Shown here: positions 23,977-36,083 of the stretch, piece by piece | Numbering within the stretch: position 1 is the stretch's first letter | Layout: every line of letters starts with the position of its first letter | Position numbers and translations under genes: made by a program | Source of the DNA: Selaginella moellendorffii | Taxonomy: Eukaryota > Plantae > Lycopodiophyta | DNA: 64,000 bases | NCBI RefSeq assembly: GCF_000143415.4 | Contig: NW_003314272.1 | Coordinates: forward strand, 2,319,728 to 2,383,727 | Direction: 5' to 3' | Notes under the pieces: generated by a model | Databases searched by the model: none | What the model was told of the DNA's origin: nothing | Seen by the model: only the letters and a program-made list of their open reading frames with translations

Positions 23977-25086
23977 ATGGCGGTGGTGTATTTCAGGCCC
24001 CAGGCCAGGAATGTGGAAGCGCTGAAAGCCTTGAGGGTATCGGTGTGTAAACCTTTGCCAGTAGACGAGATCGCCCAGCTATATGGTCTAGTTCCGGCGA
24101 CCGTCAGGGTATGCCAACTGCAAGACCAGAGCTTGAGCTTGAGCGCAATTAGGCGCTTGATGCCGGACCTAGGCACCGAAGTGAGGCCTTTCGTCATCTG
24201 GGGCTACTTTGGCCCCTTCCCAGCGGGCTTCAAGGCCACTTTCCTAGATATCCATGGGCAGCAGGCGAGTTTGGAGGTAGTGCAACAGCTTTTCACGTCC
24301 GCATCTACAGGGGTTTACAGTGTGATCAGGGAAGGGGATAGTAGCCAGGAACAGCTGGTTCTCAAGCTCCTCTATGAGCAAACCGTCATGTTTCCAGCCG
24401 AGCGTCCGACGTTGGAGGAGCTGGAGAAGCTGAGGTCGAGTACAGGACGAAGATGCCCGAGCTTGCCAGCCATGGTTTGGTATGGTTGGTTTATTGCAAG
24501 TGGGAATATGATGACTGACTTTGGGGATTCCGGAGGACTCGTTCTCAAGCCTGTGGGCGTCTGCGTCAAGGGCATGCTTTTCTCGCAGCAGCAGCAGCAG
24601 CAGCAACTATGCAAGGCAGCCTTCGACATTCTTCTGGCTCTGTATCATCTCTATCTCCTGGAGCGCAGGCACAGGGATGTGAAGCCTGAGAACATCATCT
24701 ACGTGGAGGCCCAGGCGCAGTTTGTGCTTGTCGACTTTAAGAGTGCACACGAGGAGGCGTACAAGGATAAAGAAGACGAGGTTCACGACTGCGTCAGCCT
24801 TGTGTTGAGCCTGGCTGAAATGGCGGGGTGGAAATGCACAGGTGGCTACCTCGCAGCTGCCATCACCATCGCAAGCATGCACCCTGTGCTGGGGGAGTTT
24901 GCGCTATATGCATCAACTCTGCAATCCTCCAGGTCTTTTCCGGAGTACCGTCACTGGTTACACAAGCTCGCTACTGCCTGTGGTGTAGATGCAGCCAGTG
25001 CTGTAGAACTGGTTGACGGGGCTCAGGCCGAAACTGAGGATGCACCGTGCCGAGGAGTTCGGTACCTCCGGTTGGTTTCAGAATAG
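23977..25086 (+). CDS. Atypical protein-kinase-like protein
   Basis: LVLKL (beta3 Lys), HRDVKPENII catalytic loop, VDFK replacing DFG, no APE; short polyQ tract. Confidence 0.7.
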   Translation: MAVVYFRPQARNVEALKALRVSVCKPLPVDEIAQLYGLVPATVRVCQLQDQSLSLSAIRRLMPDLGTEVRPFVIWGYFGPFPAGFKATFLDIHGQQASLEVVQQLFTSASTGVYSVIREGDSSQEQLVLKLLYEQTVMFPAERPTLEELEKLRSSTGRRCPSLPAMVWYGWFIASGNMMTDFGDSGGLVLKPVGVCVKGMLFSQQQQQQQLCKAAFDILLALYHLYLLERRHRDVKPENIIYVEAQAQFVLVDFKSAHEEAYKDKEDEVHDCVSLVLSLAEMAGWKCTGGYLAAAITIASMHPVLGEFALYASTLQSSRSFPEYRHWLHKLATACGVDAASAVELVDGAQAETEDAPCRGVRYLRLVSE

Positions 25087-25138
25087 CAAAGATGTTTTTC
25101 TTCATCTCACAGATTTGATCCTGCTAGCTCAAGCCTGA

Positions 25139-26863
25139 TTAAAATGTTTTGTGTTGGAAACTATTTGGGCGAGGTTCAGCCAGATTCAGCTCACTCGTGG
25201 TATAGATGCTGGACAATTGGACATATGAAGAAGCGTCTCCTGGATCCAAGTTGCCGAGGAACTTTGCAGCGCAGGCTCCGTTCTGGAGATCCCGGTGACT
25301 CGTCGACGCACCCAGCAGGCTTCTCCACTCCAAAGCGTCCGGGACGAACGGCATGCTCGCGATAAGCTCTTGAGCAACTTCCAAGTATCCGGCTCGTCCG
25401 AAGAGATCAACCAGGCAGCAGTAGTGCTGCTTGGTGGCCTGGATCTGGAAGTCGAGCAGCATCGCCAGGAAGTGTGACGTCCCGGTGGAGACTTTCCCGG
25501 CGTGGCTGCAAGCTAGGAAGACGGACAGGAAACAGGACTCGTCCGGCATAGCTACCAGCTTCATGGAGTCGAAGAGATCGAGAGTGTCGCGGAAGTGGCC
25601 TTTCTGGGCGTAAGCAGCGAGCATTGCGCTCCAGGACAGGGTGCTCGGCTCCAGCATGGTGTCAAACACTCTCCTGGCTTTGCTGATATGCCCGTTCAGG
25701 GAGTACGCTGATAAAAGGGCGCTCCAGGAGAGGGAGTCTCTACGCGGCATCCCGGCAAAGATGGACGTGGCCTCGTCGAGAAACCCCTTTTGGGCATAAG
25801 CCACGAGCAATGTGGTCCAGGACACAAGATCCCACTCGGGCATTCTCTCAAAGGTGAAGATGGCTTCCTCCAGCCGGTTGTTTTGTGCGTAGGCCGCCAG
25901 CATTGAGTTCCAAGTCACGAGGCTCCGCTCAAGCATGCCATCAAAGAGCTCCTTGGCAGTGTCGACGTCTCCACTCTCGGCATTAGCAACGAGCATGGTG
26001 GTGGCGGAGAACAAGTCCCACTCGGGGCTCTTTAGAAACAGCTCGCGGGAACTTTGGAGATCGCCGCTCGCAGCATAGACGCTCAGCATTGCGTTCCAGG
26101 TGATAAGGTTTCTCTGAGGGATTCGATCAAATAGTTTCTTCGCCTGAGTCATTTTCCCGTGCTGGGCATATAGCGCCAACATGGCAGTCCATGTCACCAG
26201 GTTTTTCTCCACCATGTCATCAAAGAAACTTCTCGCGCGGACAACGTCCCGTTTGTTCGTGTGTGCAGACAGGAGCCCGTTGAGAGCCAATTGGTTCCAC
26301 TCGGGCATCTTTCGAAAGATTTTGTAAGCTTCCTCAAGACGCCCGGATTGGGCATATGCAACCAGCATGGCATTCCACGTCACTTGGTTTTTTTGTGGCA
26401 TCCAATCAAAAATATTCTTGGCCTTCTCAAGATTTCCATGCCTCGAATATGCAACCAACATGGCAGTCCAGGTTACCAAGTTCTGCTCTGGCATTTCGTA
26501 GAACAGATAAGTGGCCTCATCAAGATGCCCATATTCGGCATATGCAGTTAGCAATGCATTCCAAGACACTAGGCTCTTTTTGGGCATTTCATCTAAGAAG
26601 GCCCTTGCCTCGCTCGTATTCCCGTTTCTAGAGTAGGCATACAACATCATGTCCCACGAAAAAGAATCTCTGATTTGCATGGAGTCGAATATCCGGCGGG
26701 CATTCTCCACACTGCGGCATCTGCCATACATTTCAATAAGCTTGTTTGTGAGGAAAGTGTCGTCCTCTCGAAAGAGAAGGTGACGAGCACGAGAATGGAT
26801 GTCTAGGGCTGCGGACAAGCTCGTGCATTCACGTATCGATTCCAAGCATTGGCTCCTGTTCAT
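25139..26863 (-). CDS. PLS-E class PPR protein with an SS-motif array
   Basis: Tandem ~31-aa MP..(N/D)LVTW.AML.AYA motifs; E motifs (HYCCLVDLFGRAG, SYVQLSSIY); no DYW. Confidence 0.92.
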   Translation of the reverse strand: MNRSQCLESIRECTSLSAALDIHSRARHLLFREDDTFLTNKLIEMYGRCRSVENARRIFDSMQIRDSFSWDMMLYAYSRNGNTSEARAFLDEMPKKSLVSWNALLTAYAEYGHLDEATYLFYEMPEQNLVTWTAMLVAYSRHGNLEKAKNIFDWMPQKNQVTWNAMLVAYAQSGRLEEAYKIFRKMPEWNQLALNGLLSAHTNKRDVVRARSFFDDMVEKNLVTWTAMLALYAQHGKMTQAKKLFDRIPQRNLITWNAMLSVYAASGDLQSSRELFLKSPEWDLFSATTMLVANAESGDVDTAKELFDGMLERSLVTWNSMLAAYAQNNRLEEAIFTFERMPEWDLVSWTTLLVAYAQKGFLDEATSIFAGMPRRDSLSWSALLSAYSLNGHISKARRVFDTMLEPSTLSWSAMLAAYAQKGHFRDTLDLFDSMKLVAMPDESCFLSVFLACSHAGKVSTGTSHFLAMLLDFQIQATKQHYCCLVDLFGRAGYLEVAQELIASMPFVPDALEWRSLLGASTSHRDLQNGACAAKFLGNLDPGDASSYVQLSSIYTTSELNLAEPRPNSFQHKTF

Positions 26864-26976
26864 AGATTTGCCAATTGCCCAAAATAATCAAAAGAAAATA
26901 ATCTTAGCTTCACTAAACGAGGAGCATCGCATTAGTATAAAGCTGGATGTCAAACCGCGGAAGAACAGAGGAAGCA

Positions 26977-27821
26977 ATGGCGCTGGCTCTTTTCGTTTCG
27001 ATCTTGTCAATCCTTGCGGCAGTGAACGCAGTGCGACCGAATGCTTCACCAGCTCCTTCTCCATTCCTTGCCCCGGAGCATTCGCCGAAATCAAACCCAC
27101 CATTGCTCGCTCCACAAGCTTCTCCAGTGTCTCCCTTAGCAAGCTCGCAGCCTATTGTGCCATCTCCACTTGCTACTCCTTCCTTGGCACCGACGTCTTC
27201 AGATAGATTTACAGCTCCATCGCCACCACCATCATTTTCTCGGACGCCATGTTCCACAAGCCGATCACCATCGCCTTCTCAAACGCCATCTTCCTCTGCC
27301 GCTCCAAGCCAAGCACCATCGCCACCACCATCGGCTTATACTACCGCCCAATCGCCAGCTTTGTCACGCTCAATCTCACCCTCGCCGACATCCGCAAGCC
27401 CGGAGTTTTCACCATCAGAGGTGCCAGTCTCTTCCCCAGTAAGATCCATTGCACCATCGCCATCGCTGGTACCAGTTTCTTCGCCAGCATCTTCACACGC
27501 ATTGTCATCACCCTCAGTTTCATCGCCAACACAAGCACCACCAGCGATTGTATCGTCGCTTTCATCGCCATCACCAGCAGCTGAAACGCCCAAAGCATTT
27601 GCACCATCTCCAGCTCCACAAGTTACAGGACAATCGGCCCCCCCCAAACAAGCACCTGTGCCTATGACACCTTCGCCACCACGTAAGTCCCTTCCTTGAT
27701 TATACGGGTTTTTAATCGTTTTTAATCAGGGTGTCCATTACCACCACATCAACCAATCAAGACTCGGCCACTTCATCCAATCCCTCATCAGCCAATCAAG
27801 CCTCACCCAGGACGTCCTTGA
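26977..27821 (+). CDS. Arabinogalactan/Hyp-rich glycoprotein-like protein with a His/Pro-rich tail
   Basis: Signal peptide MALALFVSILSILAAVNA; Ser/Pro/Ala/Thr-rich AP/SP repeats; intron 27683-27729; ends PHQPIKTRPLHPIPHQPIKPHPGRP, no GPI signal. Confidence 0.8.
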
Positions 27822-28106
27822 AGGCATGGTCATGGTACTACCACGGTGACCATTGGCGACCATTCTCAACGACCAGTGAGTCACCACGCGATTTACATTC
27901 TTTTTTAACTACACAAGCAATAGAATTGGTCAGCGATGATCTTTTCTCGAATATGCTTCAAAAGCCGCCCACATGTCGAGTGGCCGCGTAACGCCACGTC
28001 GGTGAAGGCTGGAAGGATTAGAACTGAGCCATGGATTCATATAGATAGTTTAGGAAGTATTCTTTTCTTTGTTTCTCTCGAGCGGCATTATTGTGCGTTT
28101 GAAGCG

Positions 28107-29948
28107 ATGAAGGAAGGGTTTGGCGAGAGCGCTGGGATGGACGGCGCTGTTGCCGCGGAGCTCGCCTCCGTGCTGCCGCGCGTCCTCATCGTCTCCAGGC
28201 GCACCGTCCGCAAGAACAAATTCGTGGATTTCGTTGGTAACTGATTGAGAATGGATCGAAATCTCTTCCTCTCCCAGCCGATTCTAGATTTCCTTTTCAA
28301 TCCTTGTCATTGAAATGTCGACCTCGATTCCATCCTCTAAATCTCCTGTTTTCTCTGTTTTCTTGTTTCCTGATCGATCAAAAAAATCCCTGGAAATTTT
28401 TTCGGGGGACCTACCGTTTGCTTGCTTTCTTGTGACTTCTTCACAGAAAGCATGGCTAGCTAGCTAACAGTTCGTTCTTTTTCTCTCTCACAGGAGAATA
28501 CCATCTGGATTTGATCGTCAGCTATGGGGCGGTTCCAGTCATTGTTCCACGAGTTTCCGGATTAAACTCGCTCCTCGACAGCTTCGAGCCAATCCACGGC
28601 GTGCTACTGTGCGAGGGTGAGGATATCGATCCCACTCTGTACGACAGTGATGTCTCGGCCTTGACACCCGAGGACGTGGATGAGATCAAGCGAACGCACA
28701 CCAGTGACATTCTCATCGACCGGAACAAGGATTCGATCGAGCTCCAGCTTGCTCGCCGGTGCCTCGAGAGAAACATTCCATATCTCGGGATTTGCCGCGG
28801 TTCCCAGGTACTCAACGTTGCATGTGGAGGATCACTCTATCAGGTCAGAGAGTTTTCTTTCCACTTTCTGGTTTTCAATGAAGGTGTTTTCTTCCAGGAC
28901 GTTGAGAAGGAGCTTTCAGGCAAAAGCAGCGTCCAAGTCAAACATATCAACTACGATGACTATGACGGACACCGACACCCTGTGAAAGTTGTCCAAGGCA
29001 CTCCTTTGCACGACTGGTTTGAGAAATCGCTTAGCAATTCCGAAGACAAGTGTCTTCATGTGAACAGTTACCATCACCAGGTAAGAGACACAGTTTTTTT
29101 TCTGTCTTTTCTTCCTGTTTTCATGCTTGGCTTTCTTGTACGTTTCTAGGGCGTGAAGAGATTAGCTCGAAGGTTCGAACCAATGGCTTTCGCTCCAGAC
29201 GGGCTAGTAGAAGCGTTTTTTGATCCGGACGTGTACAATCCCGCGGAAGGAAAGTTCATCGTTGGCCTCCAGTTTCATCCGGAGCGTATGAGACACCCTG
29301 AGAATGGCGGATCTGATTCGGATGGAGCTCTGCTGGAGAACGAGTTCGACTACCCGGGATGTCATCGTGCTTATCAAGTAAGCTCTCACGTCTGGCTCAT
29401 CTCTTTGATTTAAAAATGAATGCAGGACTTTGCAAAGGCTGTGATAGCATATCAAAAGAGGCTACTATCTCCTAAGAAAGCGAAAGAACTTGTCAAGCTC
29501 GACGGCGACATGGAGAAGCAGAGGCAAAAGCTGATTCGGAGCTTCTCGCTGGCCAAGCACATATACGAGGAGGAGCAAGTTTGCAAGATGAGGAGCGATG
29601 GCAAAACTCCTCAGCTGAGCCGTGTCAAGAGCAGCCGTGACTTGGAAGCAGGCGCGGAGTTTCTACAGGTTCGTACGACCTACCTATCTCTTTCTTCTGG
29701 TATGTGAGATCTTTCTTGCGCAGTTCAATGAATTCGAGCAAATGGAGAGGCTCAAGCAAATGGGAGCCACAGTAAGAAACTCGACCATTCTTTTAGAGAG
29801 GCTCCAGAGATTCAAGCAGCGTCGCTCGGCTGCCAAGTCGATGATGGAATCGATGAAGACGTCGGATCTAACGGAGCTACACGAGTTCTACAAGATGATG
29901 GTAGAACTAGGAGACGAAGTCTTGGGAACTAGAGCAAACACTGCGTAA
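28107..29948 (+). CDS. GAT1_2.1: Class I glutamine amidotransferase-like (peptidase C26/PuuD-like) protein
   Basis: [57 protein letters not shown]. Confidence 0.9.
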
Positions 29949-30492
29949 CCATGGACGACCGGGAGGTATTGTGTGTAAACGTCTAAGTTGGGTCGTGCTT
30001 AAATTCAATCAAAAAAATAAAAAGGAGTGATCAGTTTCAAGAGGGTAGGGTCTCGATCCTGGGATTCGGCTCTATAGGACTATCCCATCTCCCCGGGCTT
30101 AACCACTACCCCTAGGGTTGATCACTTGAAACATATTGTTTTTTGATTCACTATGAAGTGTTGATGCATTTCCACCGTTGGAATATTGGGCGGTTGACGA
30201 TGCCAATGTCCCGCGGCCGTGACATCTTCAACCGCCCAAAACCCTCCCCGAGGGCTCGCTGCGAGCTAGCAGCAATCGCAAGCTAACTCCTCATGGATCG
30301 CCAGGTATGAGTGAGTCTCCCAGACAGGGACGCGCGACTGGCGACCAGATGCCCAGTGGCTGTTTCAACCGATCCTTGTCGTGGGCAGCGAGATCATCGG
30401 CAGAGCTCTCGTTCCGTCGCAATTCCTGGGCAGGGCCGCGGATCTGGATGTGGGTTCGCTGAGGTCTTGCAGGAACCCCGCATTTCTCCAGA

Positions 30493-32574
30493 ATGGGTAT
30501 CAACGATGGGCATGGCAAGAGCGAGTACTCGGTGTGGGAGGTCGGGACGCCAAATAACGACGTTGCCGTCCCGGAGTACGCTGGAGGGGAGTGGTCGCCT
30601 CTCCAGCAAGGGAGAAAGAGGGGATATAGGAGAGTGTACGTGGAGCCGGGGCCGCCATTGGAATCCACAGCGCCAGCATCGCACCACCACTGGGACGCAG
30701 CGGCGGTGGCGGCGGCGGTGGTGCCGAACAAAGAGAAAGGAGAGATCTCTTCCCCGGCGGACGACGAGACGAGCGTGTCCGACTTGTCGCTCATATCCGG
30801 CCTGGGGTCCAAGAACTTGCGGGATCTTGTGCTCGGGCATGGGGGGCCGGGGATGAGGAAGCTCGTGTATGGCGACCATGGTAGTGCCGCTGGCAGCAGG
30901 GCGTCGAGCATCAAGTCGGCCGCGGGAGCCTCACGGTTTGATCACATTGGCTCGCTCAAGATGACTTACGCGGCTTTCAAGGATCCGGAGAACGAGAAGG
31001 AAGGAGTTCCTCTACAGTTGGTACTTAGCCATTACTCTCTTTCTGTGTCTTCTTCTCTTGCTCATACTTTCACTGCTCTAATCTGCTTGATACTTTTTGC
31101 TTTGAGTTCCTCAGTTTGATTTTTGTGCGGGTGTTTTGGAAGTTGCCAGAGATCCTGGAGTCGTCGAGGTTCGTGGTCCCAACCGAGGACGTGCTACTGG
31201 CCATAATTCACAAGCTAGACCAGAGATATGATCCCGGGGAGCCACTGAAATGGGACTTGCTGCTACATGTGGCTATGCACCTGGAACGCAAAGACAACAG
31301 TAAATCCTTCTTCAATTCCAGGTACATTTTCTATATCTTCTTCGAGTTTTCATGGATTCCGAAACTTACGCAGGACTGGACCACCATTTGTTTGGAAGAG
31401 CCTCCAGAAATCCAACCTTAGAAAGCCAGACATAGAAGAGTTTTATCCAGGTCTTGAGCCACAGGTCTGGAGTTTTGACTTGTGAGAAACTTGACTATCT
31501 TACGCTTGCCTTCCTCTCAGGTTATGACGATGATGAAGGATCTAGAGCACCACAAGAAAAGATGCGAGAGGGAAGGGAACTACGTCGAGGCGCGATCAAC
31601 TGCTCGACGCTTGAACGAACTTAAAGTACGTTAAACGTTGTCACTCTTGAGCTTCCAGATTCTTACATTTTGAGTACGTTTGTAGATCCTCGAGAACAAC
31701 AAGAGGAGGGGAGCAATGCTAAATAGACATATGCAAGAGAGGCAAAGCGCGGAGAGGGCATACAAGGCCGAAGTCGACGACAGGAACAAAGTAAGTTTTC
31801 TCATCCTCGCTGGTTATCTTCTCCATCGCTAATCCGCCTGGCAAAGATGGAACACAGTACTGGGATGACAAGATCACGTTGTTCCAAAAGGATGTCATGG
31901 AACACGCTTCACGGCTCAAGCGTCAGCACACGACTATCCTCGATACTTTCAGGACGAAAATGGCTTCCAAGAAACCTTGCAAGCCACAATGGTCGGCAGA
32001 GCTCTTGAACCAAAGAAAAGTCCAGGTAGGAAGAGAGGAAGGAAGCTCTCAACTCAACTCCCACTGCAGGAATACTTGGGAAAGCAAGGCAAGTACTCGG
32101 AGGCGCTGAGAGTGAAGAAAACAGCCGACCGACTGGAGCACGAGGAGCTGGAGGCGACGATCGAGTCATACCAGGCCGAAGTGGGACTGAAGGAGCAAGC
32201 CTTGAGAACCAAGCAGCACAGCGAGATGGAGGTGCTTCTCCAAAAGGCGACCAAAGGCCGGGACCAGCTAAGAGAAGGGCGAGCCAAAGATCTGCAGCGA
32301 ATCCACCAGGTCTGTGCGTTTTTTGGAAGCTCTTGATCCAATCGTCTCTCCCTCCTTTCAGCGGCATAAGAACATCGTGAGAGAGCTCAAGGCCCTCCAC
32401 GCGCACGAGATGTTTAAGTTTGAGCAAATGTATGGCAAGAAGATGAGCGAGTACCAATCCAACCTGGGGAATGGGAGGTATTTGTCGCCGCCCACTCGCG
32501 GATACAGCTCCCTGGCGCTGCCCAAGGTGGCCGAGGTCCAGTGCGACGACACGCACAGCACGGAAGGAATGTAG
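30493..32574 (+). CDS. Uncharacterised multi-exon coiled-coil protein (possibly flagellum-associated)
   Basis: Spliceable exons give LEHHKKRCEREGNYVEA... and PQWSAELLNQRKVQEYLGKQGKYSEALRVKKTAD...; long coiled coil; 5' exon structure less certain. Confidence 0.7.
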
Positions 32575-33303
32575 AGAATTTCAAACACTTGGAATTCACC
32601 ATGCTTGTGGAACAGTGTACCAGCTTTCCACGGTGAGGAGTTCTTTTGAGCAAATAAAGTAAATAATGAGTGTACATTTATGTTTATATAAAAAATGGCC
32701 AATGCCTTTTGGGTTAGATATGTTTGAGGTGAACAAAGTTTTATACAAGCATTAAATGGTGGCATTGGAATGTAATTTTTCAGTGATTGTGTTTAAGCAT
32801 TGAAATGTAGAGTATGGATTTGTTCAAAGAGCTTCTATCAAACTGACATGGAAAAGGCAAAACAATTATATAAATATAAATTACACCATTATATTTGAGA
32901 TTTTGGGTTTGTTATGGGTTTTGGAAATTTATTTTGAAATAGAGTGGCTACATACAAACAGCTACAATTCCTTGAACACAAACAAGTACAATTCCTTGGA
33001 CACTATTATAAATGTATGTGCAAAACCAAGTAGAGCTGATCAAACACAAACATTATTCAAAAGATTGTTTATGTTGCAAGACATTGCCTAATTATTTCTC
33101 TAAGGTCAAAGACAATTGATATATCATTCGAAATCAAGTTGCAAATAAGTTAGTAAAGATGGATGTGTATTTATTTACAGACCTTGTGGTTAAGTCATTA
33201 TTTATAATTAATTAAAAAACAAAAAAGTTTTAAAAGTTAATTCAATTGGGAATTTAATTTGTAATGCTTATCCCTTTAAACTTTAAACCATGGAGAATGG
33301 CGT

Positions 33304-35913
33304 ATGATTCCTTCCTCTTGTAGCATCATACGCCCTCGCAATCTCCCCCAAGCTTTCGCCTCCCGTGAATTGTGGTGTCTGGCGGAAGTGATCGATCGTC
33401 TGGATGATGGCGCCGCCGCTGACTGGAACACCTGCGCCTGGATACTCCGCCAGTGCGCCGCGGAGCTCGCGCTAGAGCAGGGACGCCGAGCGCACTCTCG
33501 GATCGCGCGATGGGGCCGCGACACTGACACCCATCTTGGCAATCTCCTCGTCCAGATGTATGGTAGCTGCGGATCCCTGCGAGAGGCCATCGAGGCCTTC
33601 CAGCGGATCAGTGCGCCAAACGTCTACTCGTGGAACATCCTCGTCACGCAGCTCGTCCGGAATGGCGACCTCGATCTTGCCACACGCGCGTTCCACCGTG
33701 CTCCCGCCAGGAATCTCGTGTCTTTCAATCTGCTTCTCACTGCACACACACGGCAGGGGCTGATCGGCGAGGCGCGAAGGATCTTCGATGCCATGGCCGA
33801 AAGAGATGGTAGCTCCTGGAACATCATGATCCAGGCGTACTCCAGCAGTGGCGATTTGGAAGAGGCGCTTGTCCTCTTTGGCTGGATGACCCGCCGAGAC
33901 GTGATCTCTTGGAGCACCGTGATCACCCTCTACACCCGCGCTGGAGGAATCGATGTGGCGGTCCAGATGTTTGACAAGATGCCCCAGAGAAACGTGATTG
34001 CGTGGAACATTCTGATTGCGGCATTTGCCGAGGAGGGGGATCTGGAGAAGTGCCAGGAATTCTTTACAGCCATGCCGCAGCGGAGCTTGATTTCCTGGAA
34101 CTCGCTGATGCAAGCGTGTGCGCTGCATGGTAAACTGGATTTAACACTAGCTTTGCTCGATAGGATCCCACAGCAGGATAGTTACTCGTGGAATGCAGTG
34201 ATCTTAGCTTATTCCCAGTGCGGGTATCTTGCTGAATCTCTGGCGATGGTGGAAACTGTGCCCCAAGAAAGTTCTGTTGGATTCAACGTGGTCATGAATG
34301 CATATGCTCAAGCTGGTGATCTCCTTCGAGCTCGTCATATCTTTGATCTCATGCCTGAAAAGAACGTTGCTGCCTGGAATGCCATGATCCAGGCGTATGT
34401 GCAGAACGGGCATCTGGGAGACGCCAAGGCACTGTTCGATCGAGCCGGAAAGAGAAACGCCTTGACCTGGACTTTGGCGATCGGTTTGTTCTCGCAGCAA
34501 TCAAGCAGCGAAGATCTGGTGGATCCGTCCTTAAGGCTCGCTTTTGAGAGGATGCCAAGTCACGACACTTGTGCGTGGAACATGATGCTCCAAGCTTCTT
34601 CTCACCGGGATGCCGGAGCAGCCAAAGATCTCTTCGACAAGATACCAGCGCGAGACATTGTGTCATGGACGGCGCTCATCACAGCCTTGGGCCATAGCCA
34701 GCAGAGCTCGAGCGCGGAGCTCGTGTTGAGCAAAATGCCGCAGGTGTCGGAGATCTCCTGGAACGCTCTCCTCTCGGCCCACGCTCGCGAACGATGCTCG
34801 CCATCGATCGAGAAGGACCTTCACGGGGCCTGGAGCATCTTCAAGAACAGGATGGAGAGGAGGGACGATCTCTCGTGGACGATAATGGTATCCGCCTTCG
34901 CGGACTCGTCCACGCCTGAGAAATCTCGCCGGGTCTTCGATCGAATGCCACAGTGGAGCTTGCTGTCGTGGAATGCGCTGCTACGATCTTACGTCCAGGC
35001 CGGTCTCATCACAGAGGGAGTGTGGATCTTCTCGCGTGCCATGCCTCAGCGCAACAGCTTCTCCTGGAACATCCTCATTGCGGCTCTCTCTCAGAGCAGC
35101 CGCCTCGGCGATGCGAGGGAGCTCTTTGCCGCCATGCCCGCTCGTAGCATTGTGTCGTGGAACTCGATGATCCAGGCGCTGGCCCTCAATGGCGAGCCAC
35201 GGGCCGCCATCGCGCTTTACTGCGGCATGGACCAGGAAGGCATCCCTCCCAGTGATGCCACCTTTGCGAGCATCCTCGAGGCGTGCTCCATTGCCTCGGC
35301 GCTCGAGCAAGGCATGGAAATCCACCGGGATATCGCCATTGCCAATCTGGTGATCAAGGCTTCGCTCGCAAGCGCACTCGTCAACTTCTATGGCCAGTGT
35401 GGCGGCGGCCTGGATCGAGCCCGGGAGATCTTCCACGGGGCTCCTCCTGCAGCGGTGTCGGGGTGGAATGCGATGGTCGCAGCGCTGGCGAGGCATGGGC
35501 ATGGCCGTCAAGCGGTGGAGCTCTTCATCCGGATGCTGCTCGAGGGAATGGAGCTGGACAGTGTCGCATTCCTGGGAATTCTCACTGCCTGTGGCTACGC
35601 GGGGATGGTGGAGGAGGCGAGGGAGCTATTCGTGCTTATGGCGGCGCATGGGATCGCCGCTGGAGCCGAGCACTACCACTGCCTAGTGGAGGTGGTGTGC
35701 CGGGCGGGGGAGCTCGAGCGAGGTGTGGAGCTGACTGTAAGCATGCCTTTCCATCCGGGCGTGATTCCATGGAACATGATACTAAACGTGTGCAGCACTG
35801 TTCTGGTGGATGGGAAAGTTGGCGCCTGGGTTGGGGGCGAGATTATGTTGCTGGAACCCGTGGAGTCTGCGCCGTATGTGATGCTCTCCAACCTTTCCAC
35901 TGCCTGCATTTAG
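33304..35913 (+). CDS. PLS-E class PPR protein with an SS array, 869 aa
   Basis: Tandem MP.R..(V/I)SWN motifs; E motifs (EHYHCLVEVVCRAG, PYVMLSNL). Confidence 0.92.
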   Translation: MIPSSCSIIRPRNLPQAFASRELWCLAEVIDRLDDGAAADWNTCAWILRQCAAELALEQGRRAHSRIARWGRDTDTHLGNLLVQMYGSCGSLREAIEAFQRISAPNVYSWNILVTQLVRNGDLDLATRAFHRAPARNLVSFNLLLTAHTRQGLIGEARRIFDAMAERDGSSWNIMIQAYSSSGDLEEALVLFGWMTRRDVISWSTVITLYTRAGGIDVAVQMFDKMPQRNVIAWNILIAAFAEEGDLEKCQEFFTAMPQRSLISWNSLMQACALHGKLDLTLALLDRIPQQDSYSWNAVILAYSQCGYLAESLAMVETVPQESSVGFNVVMNAYAQAGDLLRARHIFDLMPEKNVAAWNAMIQAYVQNGHLGDAKALFDRAGKRNALTWTLAIGLFSQQSSSEDLVDPSLRLAFERMPSHDTCAWNMMLQASSHRDAGAAKDLFDKIPARDIVSWTALITALGHSQQSSSAELVLSKMPQVSEISWNALLSAHARERCSPSIEKDLHGAWSIFKNRMERRDDLSWTIMVSAFADSSTPEKSRRVFDRMPQWSLLSWNALLRSYVQAGLITEGVWIFSRAMPQRNSFSWNILIAALSQSSRLGDARELFAAMPARSIVSWNSMIQALALNGEPRAAIALYCGMDQEGIPPSDATFASILEACSIASALEQGMEIHRDIAIANLVIKASLASALVNFYGQCGGGLDRAREIFHGAPPAAVSGWNAMVAALARHGHGRQAVELFIRMLLEGMELDSVAFLGILTACGYAGMVEEARELFVLMAAHGIAAGAEHYHCLVEVVCRAGELERGVELTVSMPFHPGVIPWNMILNVCSTVLVDGKVGAWVGGEIMLLEPVESAPYVMLSNLSTACI

Positions 35914-36083
35914 CTATAATTATTTGAGCTCCACTGGCACTAAGAAATCCTTCTCACCTTGACATGGATGATCTTCTTCGTCAAGTTCTCAGCTTTGAAA
36001 GGGTTCTTCATCTCAGCAGGATATAATTATTTGAGCTCCACTAGTGATGAGGTGATGGCAGAAGCAGCCACCACTCTGGACTA

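Noticed and set aside
30043-30111. Imperfect hairpin (GGGTAG...CTACCC, TGGGAT...ATCCCA) as a possible ncRNA
   Set aside because: Pairing is too interrupted for a miRNA precursor, and no tRNA or snoRNA boxes could be verified
32600-33290. AT-rich island as a possible TE
   Set aside because: No terminal repeats or recognisable peptide found
35915-36042. 21-bp direct repeat TATAATTATTTGAGCTCCACT as a possible TSD
   Set aside because: Only ~85 bp apart with no element features between; likely a local micro-duplication
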